Source of the DNA: Hyphomicrobiaceae bacterium
GTDB taxonomy: Bacteria; Pseudomonadota; Alphaproteobacteria; Rhizobiales; Hyphomicrobiaceae
NCBI GenBank assembly: GCA_031367715.1
Contig: JANLQJ010000405.1
Location: forward strand, 19,669 to 83,668
DNA: 64,000 nt
Reading direction: 5' to 3'
Of the stretch, positions 9,755-16,846 are shown piece after piece. Positions within the stretch are counted from its first letter, which is position 1. Every line of letters begins with the position of its first letter. The notes under the pieces are model-generated. The model had not been told where the DNA came from. It made no database searches and saw only the letters and a program-made list of their open reading frames with translations. The translations under genes and the position numbers were made by a program.

Positions 9755-10022
9755 CGTCCGTCGACTCCTCAATTATCTGGTCAGGAAACACCGCCATCAG
9801 CGCTTCCAACTCGGCGCGCGCCGGCGCGGCCCGCCGGCGGCGGCCGAAATGGCCTTCCAGGGCGGCATCGAACTCGCGCGGCGTCATGGCCCAGAACGTG
9901 GCAGGCTGCAGTTTCAGGGCGCCGAGCCCGATCGTCATGGCGAGCGGCCAGTCGAATGGCTCGGCCCCGGACGAGCCCGAAGATGCCCGGGGCCTCAGGC
10001 GTTTCCCGCTGTTGGCTCGCAC
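9723..10022 (-). CDS. Tail assembly chaperone extension (GTA g10.1-like), in the -1 frame of g10
   Basis: Contains EPFDWPLAMTIGLGALKLQPATFWAMTPREF, the rcc01693-like motif (recall). The ORF overlaps the g10 3' end and sits in the -1 frame (10339-10022=317). Confidence 0.7.
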   Translation of the reverse strand: MRANSGKRLRPRASSGSSGAEPFDWPLAMTIGLGALKLQPATFWAMTPREFDAALEGHFGRRRRAAPARAELEALMAVFPDQIIEESTDDADHHSGRDG

Positions 10023-10339
10023 CCCGATGGCGCCCCGCCAAAGGTCGCCGCCAGCAATCGTGCAACGATGTCGATCGCACCGGTCGCCCCGCCGTCGATA
10101 CGCATCTCGGCGACGGCAGCATCCTCGATCATGTGCCCGCCCGAGCGCAAACCGGCACCGAGAATGCGGATGGCATCGCGCGAAGAGATCCGCCCGCTGC
10201 CGAAACGCTGTGCCAGCGACAGCATGTCGTCAACCCCGAAGGCGTCTTCCAGTTCGGCCAGCGCACCGAGCGTCAGGCACAGCCGGCGTGGTACTCCGTC
10301 GATGACCGCCTCGATCTCGCCGCGATGACGATTGGCCAT
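9995..10339 (-). CDS. Tail assembly chaperone (GTA g10-like)
   Basis: 114 aa, MANRHRGEIEAVIDGVPRRLCLTLGALAELEDAFG..., immediately after the major tail gene. Confidence 0.75.
   Translation of the reverse strand: MANRHRGEIEAVIDGVPRRLCLTLGALAELEDAFGVDDMLSLAQRFGSGRISSRDAIRILGAGLRSGGHMIEDAAVAEMRIDGGATGAIDIVARLLAATFGGAPSGCEPTAGNA
10001..10007 (-). promoter_or_regulatory. Candidate -1 programmed frameshift heptamer G_GGA_AAC
   Basis: The minus strand reads gcG GGA AAC gcc TGA in the g10 frame. Slipping -1 gives GGG AAA CGC CTG AGG..., translating to GKRLRPRASSGSSGAEPFDW, which is exactly the g10.1 ORF text. Confidence 0.65.
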
Positions 10340-10351
10340 GACAATCCTCCG

Positions 10352-10762
10352 CTAGGTTGTGAAGATCAACTCGCCCGCCGATTCCAGCGTCATGTCGAAA
10401 GTCACTTCGGCATTGTACTGACCAGCAAAGTCGAGCGACGAGATCTGGAACGGTCCTTGTACGGTGCCGAGACCCGGAATGATCACCTGCCAGTTGCGGA
10501 TCGTCCCGGCAAAGAAGGTATCGCGAACGAGCGCATCTGTGGCCGAGTTCTTGAAGATGCCGTTGCCGGTGATGCGGGCATTGCGCACGCCAGCTCCCGC
10601 CAACAGTTCGCGCCATAGGCCGGTCGATTCCGCATTGGTGGTGTCGACCGTGGCGGCGTTGAAAGCGAGGGTGCGCGTGCGCAGACCCGCCACCGTGATG
10701 TAGGTGCCGCTACCGGTCTGGTCTATTTTAACCAGCAGATCGCGGCCTTTCTGGGCTGCCAT
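10352..10762 (-). CDS. Major tail protein, TP901-1-type (GTA g9-like)
   Basis: MAAQKGRDLLVKIDQTGSGTYITVAGLRTRTLAFN, 136 aa, in the g9 position. Confidence 0.85.
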   Translation of the reverse strand: MAAQKGRDLLVKIDQTGSGTYITVAGLRTRTLAFNAATVDTTNAESTGLWRELLAGAGVRNARITGNGIFKNSATDALVRDTFFAGTIRNWQVIIPGLGTVQGPFQISSLDFAGQYNAEVTFDMTLESAGELIFTT

Positions 10763-10793
10763 GAGGAAGGGCTCCTTGGATTAAGAGGCAACA

Positions 10794-10939
10794 GTCATCC
10801 CGGATGCGCCGCGGCGTTTTGACGGTGCGGCGCATCCGGGATCGCTCTGGGCTCAGGCGTGACGCAACTGGAGCACGTACCCGACCAGGTCGCGTGTCTG
10901 CAGTGCACCGTCAAAACGCTGCACTGCGCACGGGATGAC
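10794..10939. repeat. Nested palindromic REP/MITE-like element in the g9-g8 spacer
   Basis: Outer inverted repeat GTCATCCCG (10794-10802) / CGGGATGAC (10931-10939). Hairpin 1 pairs CCCGGATGCGCCGC (10799-10812) with GCGGCGCATCCGGG (10827-10840). Hairpin 2 pairs GCAGTGCA (10900-10907) with TGCACTGC (10920-10927). The two loops (GCGTTTTGACGGT and ACCGTCAAAACGC) are reverse complements of each other. Confidence 0.8.
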
Positions 10940-10956
10940 AGGTGGGTCGGCGATCA

Positions 10957-11367
10957 TCACGCCGGCTCGGTCACCGCGCGGTAGCGCACAATGCCGTGGA
11001 TGGTGACGCCGTCCGGATCGCGGCGGACGTCGGAGAATTGTTGACGCAGGCTGACCAGCACATGCCCGGTCAGTGTCAATGACGCTGTATGCAGAACATC
11101 CCGCAGCGCGGCGATGATGCGTTGCGCCTCACCGCGGCCGCCGCCCTGCGACCAGACATGCAGCGTCAAGATGTGCTCCTCGCCATCCTCCGTGCCCGTC
11201 CCCCAATCGCTCGATGCGGTCTGGCCGAGACCGACGTGCGGGTAGGGCGCCGCCTGTGGCACGTCGTCATAGATGCGCGCGCCGCCCAGCAGCGTCGTCA
11301 GCCAAGCACTGCCGATAAGCACGCCATACACGGCCTGTTGCAATTGCCAACTGGCGCTGCCGCTCAT
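10957..11367 (-). CDS. DUF3168 tail terminator-like protein (GTA g8-like)
   Basis: 136 aa, ...IYDDVPQAAPYPHVGLGQTASSDWGT...ILTLHVWS.... Position and motif fit DUF3168 (recall). Confidence 0.75.
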   Translation of the reverse strand: MSGSASWQLQQAVYGVLIGSAWLTTLLGGARIYDDVPQAAPYPHVGLGQTASSDWGTGTEDGEEHILTLHVWSQGGGRGEAQRIIAALRDVLHTASLTLTGHVLVSLRQQFSDVRRDPDGVTIHGIVRYRAVTEPA

Positions 11368-11693
11368 AAATTGCGCTCCTCGGCGAGAATCCGAAGGAAA
11401 GGCTCGGGGCCGTCGCGGTTCAGCACCGCCTCAATGACCAATAACCGGCTGCCAAACCGCAACCGCATGGCCGGCAGCACATCAGTGCGCCTACGGATGG
11501 TGACCTCGTGCATCACCCGGCCTTGCAGACCCTCGGCGATGAACTGTTGCGTCCCGGCAAGGCTTTTTAGCTCGGCCCACAGTTCGGCCACCGCGGACCA
11601 CGTCACCGTCACGCCGCCGCCACCATCGGCAACGCGCGCCGGTTGCTCCAGCGTCACACGACGGCGCAAGGCTGCAATCGCGGGTCTGCTCAT
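11364..11693 (-). CDS. Head-tail adaptor/stopper, SPP1 gp16-like (GTA g7-like)
   Basis: 109 aa, LRRRVTLEQP...VTVTWS...LWAELK. Start and stop overlap the neighbouring genes by 4 nt. Confidence 0.8.
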   Translation of the reverse strand: MSRPAIAALRRRVTLEQPARVADGGGGVTVTWSAVAELWAELKSLAGTQQFIAEGLQGRVMHEVTIRRRTDVLPAMRLRFGSRLLVIEAVLNRDGPEPFLRILAEERNL

Positions 11694-12271
11694 AGCCGCC
11701 TCACACGATAGGGATCGATCAGATCACACACCATCGGTGGCAGGCGGATCGAGCCACCGCCGCTGGCATCGGCAAGTTCGCGATGTTCGTACCAGTGCCC
11801 GACCAGCACCAGCAGCGCAACCCGCAAGGCGGCAGGAACGTCGGTCGGCAACGCGCCGTGCCCAGCCGTGAAATCAATGGCGATGCCGTTTCCAGGCCGC
11901 AACGGCTGCGGCCAGGCAATGGCGCCGCGGCGGATCAGGCGCGGCAGCGAGCCCATCCCGTCGAGCAGATAGCCGCTCGCCGGCAGGGTCGCGAAGCTGT
12001 CGTCCATGGCATAGACCCGCACCGCCTCCACCGATTGCACTGGTGCCAGCGGCAGCGCCACCGCATAGCCCGCCGGCCAGGCGTCAAGCCAATAGGTCCA
12101 GCCCTGCGTGATCAGGGCACGACCCAACCCCCGCTCGAGTTCGGAGCGCGCGCCAGTGATCAGACGGCTGATGAGTGCATCGTCGTCGGCGCTGTCCACG
12201 CGCAGATGCGCCTTGGCATCGGCGAGCGAGACCGGCTCCTGCGCGGGAGCGGAATTGGCTACGAGCGACAT
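11690..12271 (-). CDS. Head-tail connector, gp6-like (GTA g6-like)
   Basis: VSLADAKAHLRVDSADDDALISRLITGARSELERGLGRALITQ is the classic gp6-like connector N-terminus. Confidence 0.8.
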   Translation of the reverse strand: MSLVANSAPAQEPVSLADAKAHLRVDSADDDALISRLITGARSELERGLGRALITQGWTYWLDAWPAGYAVALPLAPVQSVEAVRVYAMDDSFATLPASGYLLDGMGSLPRLIRRGAIAWPQPLRPGNGIAIDFTAGHGALPTDVPAALRVALLVLVGHWYEHRELADASGGGSIRLPPMVCDLIDPYRVRRL

Positions 12272-12385
12272 GGGTAACTCGCTGAAAGAAGAGTGAGGGG
12301 TGAGGGGTGAGTGGCAAAGAGGTGACGTCGCGCTGGGTCTTTTAGCCGCTCACGACCCACAACTCACCACTCACGCCTGCTTGGT

Positions 12386-13639
12386 TCAGCTCACGCCGAA
12401 CTTCAGCAGCTTGATGGCGTCGAAGTCCTGCACGCCGCCACCGACTCGTTTGGTGGTGTAGAACAAGACATAGGGTTTGGCCGTGAACGGATCACGCAGG
12501 ATGCGCATGCCGACGCGGTCGACCACCAGATAGCCGGCCCGGAAATCGCCGAAGGCGAGCGAGAAACTGTCGGTGGCAAGCACCGGCATGTCCTCGCTCT
12601 CCAAGATCGGGAAGCCCATGAACTGGGGCGCCGCTCCCGGCTGGATCGCGGGCTGCCAGAGGTAGTTGTTGGTGCTGTCCTTCAGTTTACGGATGACCGC
12701 CTGGGTGGTCCGGTTCATGGCAAAACGCGCATTGGGCCGGTACTGAGCTTTCAGCGCATAGACCAGGTCGATCAGCTTGTCGCTGGGGGCGGTGGCGGGC
12801 AGCCCGCCGGCGACGCCGGTGGCCAGGTACCCCATCGAGCCCCAGGCCCAGGAGGCCTGCGCGAGCATCGGATAGGCCAGGAAACCCTTGGGTTTGCTGG
12901 TGCCGTCGCCGATGACGAAGGCGCTGCCTTCCTGTTGCGCAAAGGTGGTCTTCACTTCATCGGCCACCCACTGGTCGATGTTCACGACCGCATCGTCGAG
13001 TAGCGCGGTAGTCGCCGCCGGCATGGCGTAGATCTCGAAAGTGGGAAAGCTCAGATTAGCCAGCGCGGTGTTGCCGGTCTGCGGGCGCGCCGCCGCTTCA
13101 GCCGCCCAGCCAGCCGCGAAACCCGACGTCGAGAACGGCTTGTTGTAGACATTGCTGGAAACCTGCCGAACGGTCGCGGCGGCCCGGATCGGCGAGATGT
13201 CGCGGATGGCGAGCGATACGGCGTGCTCGGTCTCGGGCGGCACCAGATAGCCGCCATCCGAGCTGGAGCCGATCGACAACGCCTTGGTTTCCAGCGCCGA
13301 CAATGCTCCGGACTCGCCTTTTCGCACATAGCTCTCGAAGGCCGCCTTGTGCTGCAACTGCACGCTCGAACGCGGCAGGCCGCCGCCGATCGCCGGGCGG
13401 GACTGTTTGAGCAGCATGCTGTCGATCAACTGCTTGTGCTCGTCCAGCGACTGGTTGATGCGGTTGACCTTGTCCTCGCTGAGGACATCGGCCGAACCAC
13501 GCCGCTCGATCTGATCGATGCGCTGATCGTTCTCGGCCTTGAAGGCCTCGAAGCCGCGCATGAATTTGTCATAGACCACGGCAGCCTCGGGGCTCAGGGC
13601 CTTGGTTTCAGGAGCCGAATTGGGAGTCTCTGCGTTCAT
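12386..13639 (-). CDS. HK97-family major capsid protein (GTA g5-like)
   Basis: Start trimmed to ATG 13639, giving an ATGA overlap with the protease stop. N-terminal coiled delta-like region (FEAFKAENDQRIDQIERRG), then DGGYLVPPE. 417 aa. Confidence 0.9.
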   Translation of the reverse strand: MNAETPNSAPETKALSPEAAVVYDKFMRGFEAFKAENDQRIDQIERRGSADVLSEDKVNRINQSLDEHKQLIDSMLLKQSRPAIGGGLPRSSVQLQHKAAFESYVRKGESGALSALETKALSIGSSSDGGYLVPPETEHAVSLAIRDISPIRAAATVRQVSSNVYNKPFSTSGFAAGWAAEAAARPQTGNTALANLSFPTFEIYAMPAATTALLDDAVVNIDQWVADEVKTTFAQQEGSAFVIGDGTSKPKGFLAYPMLAQASWAWGSMGYLATGVAGGLPATAPSDKLIDLVYALKAQYRPNARFAMNRTTQAVIRKLKDSTNNYLWQPAIQPGAAPQFMGFPILESEDMPVLATDSFSLAFGDFRAGYLVVDRVGMRILRDPFTAKPYVLFYTTKRVGGGVQDFDAIKLLKFGVS

Positions 13640-14256
13640 CTCGTCCTCGTCTTTCTGTGGGGGGTGCGGGCTAGTTGGTTCAAGCGAAGGGCTGCCTCGC
13701 CGAGGCCCTCCCGGAAGGCGGCATCGTCGGTCGCGGCGCCCGATTTCACGGTCGAGATCAGCGCGCCAGGCTGCATCGGGAAAGTGACGACCGAAATCTC
13801 CCACAGGTCGATTTTCGTCAGCCTGCGGACACCGGAGCGCGCATCGCGCACACCCTTCTCGGTGCGAAAGCCGATCGAAAGCCCTTCCAACGCACCGGCC
13901 TGCATCAGCGACAGCGCCTCGCGAGCGCGCCTGACGTCGAGCAACAGACGCCCACGCACCTTCAGCCCACGGGCATCTTCGCTGAGCTGCTCCCAGATGC
14001 CGATCGGCTCGGCCGGATCGTGCTGGAACAGCATCCTGATGCCGCCGGTCCCGCGCCGGCTGAGCGTTTCGCGGAAGGCGCCGGGCACGACGATGTCGCG
14101 GGCGAGATCCTCAATGTTGAACAGGCTGGCATAGCCTTCGAAGGTGCCTTCGGCATCGACCGCAGTGAGATCGAGACGGGCGCGCTTGAACTCGTTCGGC
14201 ATGGCGGGAGCGGTCATGGGGTGGACCATGTTGGAGATACTCAGTTCGCGTTTCAT
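13636..14256 (-). CDS. HK97-family prohead protease (GTA g4-like)
   Basis: TFEGYASLFNIEDLARDIVVPGAFRETL...MLFQHD...GLSIGF...EISVVTFPMQP. An internal Met (14226 or 14214) could be the true start. Confidence 0.85.
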   Translation of the reverse strand: MKRELSISNMVHPMTAPAMPNEFKRARLDLTAVDAEGTFEGYASLFNIEDLARDIVVPGAFRETLSRRGTGGIRMLFQHDPAEPIGIWEQLSEDARGLKVRGRLLLDVRRAREALSLMQAGALEGLSIGFRTEKGVRDARSGVRRLTKIDLWEISVVTFPMQPGALISTVKSGAATDDAAFREGLGEAALRLNQLARTPHRKTRTR

Positions 14257-14291
14257 GTGTTGGGTCGTGGGTAGTCAGTGAACGCGGCGAC

Positions 14292-14750
14292 TCAGGCTCC
14301 GCCCGCGCCGGCCCCATACCCCGCGGCGGCGCGCTTTTCGTCGTTGGTCAGGAACCCCGCTGCATCGACGCGCGACCACAGCCCGTCCCGCTCGGCCGAC
14401 AGCGCCTCGATGGCGTCGAGATCGGCGCGCAATTCCAGGCCGCCGCCGTAGGCTGCGCCGAGCCAGTTCGACAACGCCTGCAGCGTGCGTGCGGTCAGCG
14501 GCAGCACGGTGTGGCGCCAGAAGGCACGATTGGCCTCTTGATAGTTGCCATGCGTATTGTCGCCGGGGATGCCGAGCAGCATGGGCGGCACGCCGGGCAC
14601 CAGCGCGATGTCGCGCGCTGCCTGGCGCTTGCTCTCGGTGACGTCCATGTCCTTGGGGCTGAGTGACCCATGCTTGGAGATTGGGCGCGCCAGTCGAGCC
14701 CGCCTTCCAGCAGCATCGGTCGGCCGGCGTTGCGGGCTTTAGTGTACAGT
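14292..14750 (-). pseudogene. Orphan, frameshifted copy of the portal gene 3' end (displaced native C-terminus)
   Basis: ORF 14292..14648 (MDVTESKRQAARDIALVPGVPPMLLGIPGDNTHGNYQEANRAFWRH...GYGAGAGGA-stop) parallels the C-terminus of the 437-aa portal. Further 5', ARNAGRPMLLEGGLDWRA continues in another frame, after an extra ~13 nt (around 14668-14682) absent from the full copy. Confidence 0.85.
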
Positions 14751-14754
14751 CCGG

Positions 14755-15057
14755 TCAAGGCTTGTAGCGGAGGCTGCCTGTTGTCTGATGCAGCATCCTG
14801 AGAAACGCAAGCAAGCCGTCCCCATCTGAGAAAGTTATGGTTGCGGGTGTCGTCCACCACCACAATCTCAACTCCTCTGGTGTATGCTTTCCGGTCAGCA
14901 GTTCATTTTCGAGGAACTCCCACACGACTCGCGTGTCTTCGGCGGTTAGCCCGACGAGCGCGAACTGCACCAGTTCGGTGGCCGAACCCGGTTCAAGTCC
15001 CTGGTGTAAATTTCGGCAAAGGCTATTGAATGCCTCTGGCTGCGCAATGCTTGTCAT
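14755..15057 (-). CDS. Putative CdiI-like immunity protein
   Basis: 100 aa. The ATG abuts the toxin stop (TAAATG). FNSLCRNLHQ...TAEDTRVVWEFLENELLTGKHTPEELRLWWW...DGDGLLAFLRML resembles CdiI-type immunity proteins paired with RNase-A-like CdiA-CT toxins (recall). Lies in AT-richer DNA. Confidence 0.55.
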   Translation of the reverse strand: MTSIAQPEAFNSLCRNLHQGLEPGSATELVQFALVGLTAEDTRVVWEFLENELLTGKHTPEELRLWWWTTPATITFSDGDGLLAFLRMLHQTTGSLRYKP

Positions 15058-15480
15058 TTAGTCCTCATTTAGCGGGAACGCGGAAACAACGAAGTATCCT
15101 TTCTTGGAGGTGGGGCTTCGCCGCAAGGACACCATCACACTATATGTATCCCGCATAACTGGTTGAGCTTGATCGTCAGCGACATACGCTTCGTAACCGG
15201 TGCGGCTTCGAAACTTCAGAAACAAATTCTGATACGGCAGCGCGTGCAACAATCCTCCGGCCACAAAGGCGGCCACTTTGTCTTGATTCGCCGCAATGGT
15301 TGCGTTGGTCAACTTGGCAGCCGCTTCCATCGACGGAAACGATCCCGCTCTCTTCTCACCAATTACGCCAATGAGAGGAATATTGACTCGATTTCCCAAT
15401 AGCCTCGCCTTGAGGTATTGAGGTGGCTTGGCGACGTGCCGTGCGATTGTATGCCCACCCAAACCCTCCTCCTCGACCAA
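15058..15480 (-). CDS. Putative RNase-A-like CdiA-CT-type toxin domain, in frame with the portal gene
   Basis: (TTG)VEEEGLGGHTIARHVAKPPQYLKARL...AGSFPSMEAAAKLTNATIAANQDKVAAFV...KGYFVVSAFPLNED. The N-terminal GGHTxxRHV and C-terminal hhSAFP fit my memory of Pfam RNAse_A_bac (PF18431). It shares the portal reading frame (16824-15480=1344), separated from it by one TAA plus 10 sense codons. Confidence 0.55.
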   Translation of the reverse strand: MVEEEGLGGHTIARHVAKPPQYLKARLLGNRVNIPLIGVIGEKRAGSFPSMEAAAKLTNATIAANQDKVAAFVAGGLLHALPYQNLFLKFRSRTGYEAYVADDQAQPVMRDTYSVMVSLRRSPTSKKGYFVVSAFPLNED

Positions 15481-15510
15481 GTCAATGGGATAACCTAGGT
15501 TGCCTTGGGA

Positions 15511-16824
15511 TTAAATGGATTGGAGGGTGCCCATGCCACCTGAACCGCTCGCGCCGCCATCCGTCCACTCCCCGCCACCGGGTTGCCCCTTGGGGAGCCT
15601 TGGTTGGCCGGGGTTGAAGAGCTTTACTCGAACACCACTACCAGCCCCATACCCCACCGCCGCGCGCTTCTCGTCGTCCGTCAGGAACCCCGCCGCGCCG
15701 ACCCTTGCCCACAGCCCGTCGCGCTCGGTCGACAGCGCTTCCACCCCATCCAAATCCACGCGCAGCTCCAGCCCGCCGCCATAAGCCGCGCCCAGCCAGG
15801 CCGACAGCGCCTGCAGGGTGCGTCCCGTCAGCGGCAGGATGGTGTGGCGCCAGAAGGCGCGGTTCGCCTCCTGATAGTTTGCATGCGTATTGTCGCCGGG
15901 GATGCCGAGCAGCATGGGCGGCACGCCGAGCGCCAGCGCGATGTCGCGCGCTGCCTGGCGCTTGCTCTCGGTGAAGTCCATGTCCTTGGGGCTGAGTGAC
16001 ATGGCGCGCCAGTCGAGCCCGCCTTCCAGCAGCATCGGCCGGCCGGCGTTCTTGGCGCCCTGGAAGGTGCTCTCCAGTTCCGATTTCAGTCGCGCATACT
16101 GTTCCGCCGTCAGCTGACGATCCGCCGCAGTATAGACCAGCGCGCCCGAGGGTAGAGCGCTATTGTCCAGCATCGCCTTGTTCCAGGCGCTGGCGGCGTT
16201 GTGGATGTCGATGGCGGTGGACGCGGCCTCGATCGGCGACAGGCCGTAATAGTCATTGGTTGGATGAAACAGCGCCTGGTGCAGAATCGGCCGCACACCG
16301 GGCACGGCATCGCCGCTGTAGCTGACCTTATGGCCGTTCACGGTGTAATCGTAGGAAGCCGGCCAGCCATCTGTTCCTGGAATAATCGAGATACGGTCCG
16401 GACGCAGCACATACAGTTCGCGCAAGGTCGAGCCGGTCGCGACGGCCTCCAGGTAGGCATTGCCTGAAACCAGCAGGTAACTGTACCACGCCTCCAGCAG
16501 TTCGGCGCGCGATTGGGTGGGATTGGGCACGCGCAACAGATCGAGCAATGGGTGATCTGTGATCTCTTGATCTCCGGCATAGAGACAGAACGCCACCGAG
16601 GCGGCGGCCTCGGCGATCATCCGCACGCTGCGGTAGACCACCGGGTTCTGCATGAAGCCTTCGCGCGCAAAGGCGCCGTAGTCGCGCGGGCTCCACACCG
16701 GCTGGCGCTGGTACTGCAGCGCGATCAGCGGCGCGGCGGCGCTGGTCTTGGCTTCGGGCGCGGCGATCGGGGCATAGCGGGAGAGGCCGGCGTAGCGCGC
16801 CAGCGCCGAGAGGATTGGGGACAT
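15511..16824 (-). CDS. HK97-family portal protein (GTA g3-like) with a ~40-aa C-terminal extension
   Basis: 437 aa with portal-typical NAGRPMLLEGGLDW and PPMLLGIPGDNTH. Past the native end seen in the orphan copy, it continues VRVKLFNPGQPRLPKGQPGGGEWTDGGASGSGGMGTLQSI. Confidence 0.9.
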   Translation of the reverse strand: MSPILSALARYAGLSRYAPIAAPEAKTSAAAPLIALQYQRQPVWSPRDYGAFAREGFMQNPVVYRSVRMIAEAAASVAFCLYAGDQEITDHPLLDLLRVPNPTQSRAELLEAWYSYLLVSGNAYLEAVATGSTLRELYVLRPDRISIIPGTDGWPASYDYTVNGHKVSYSGDAVPGVRPILHQALFHPTNDYYGLSPIEAASTAIDIHNAASAWNKAMLDNSALPSGALVYTAADRQLTAEQYARLKSELESTFQGAKNAGRPMLLEGGLDWRAMSLSPKDMDFTESKRQAARDIALALGVPPMLLGIPGDNTHANYQEANRAFWRHTILPLTGRTLQALSAWLGAAYGGGLELRVDLDGVEALSTERDGLWARVGAAGFLTDDEKRAAVGYGAGSGVRVKLFNPGQPRLPKGQPGGGEWTDGGASGSGGMGTLQSI

Positions 16825-16846
16825 GGGGTTGAACCTTTCGGTGTCG

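Noticed and set aside
14981-15010. tRNA-like T-loop string GGTTCAAGTCC
   Set aside because: The flanking bases do not form a T-stem (CCCGG vs CCCTG). No acceptor, D or anticodon arms could be built. It lies inside the immunity ORF.
14292-16824. The portal duplication as an assembly or collapse artefact
   Set aside because: The two copies differ at many positions, with uneven identity along their length and a ~13-nt indel. They are separated by unique lower-GC sequence with coherent ORFs. Read-level confirmation is still advisable.
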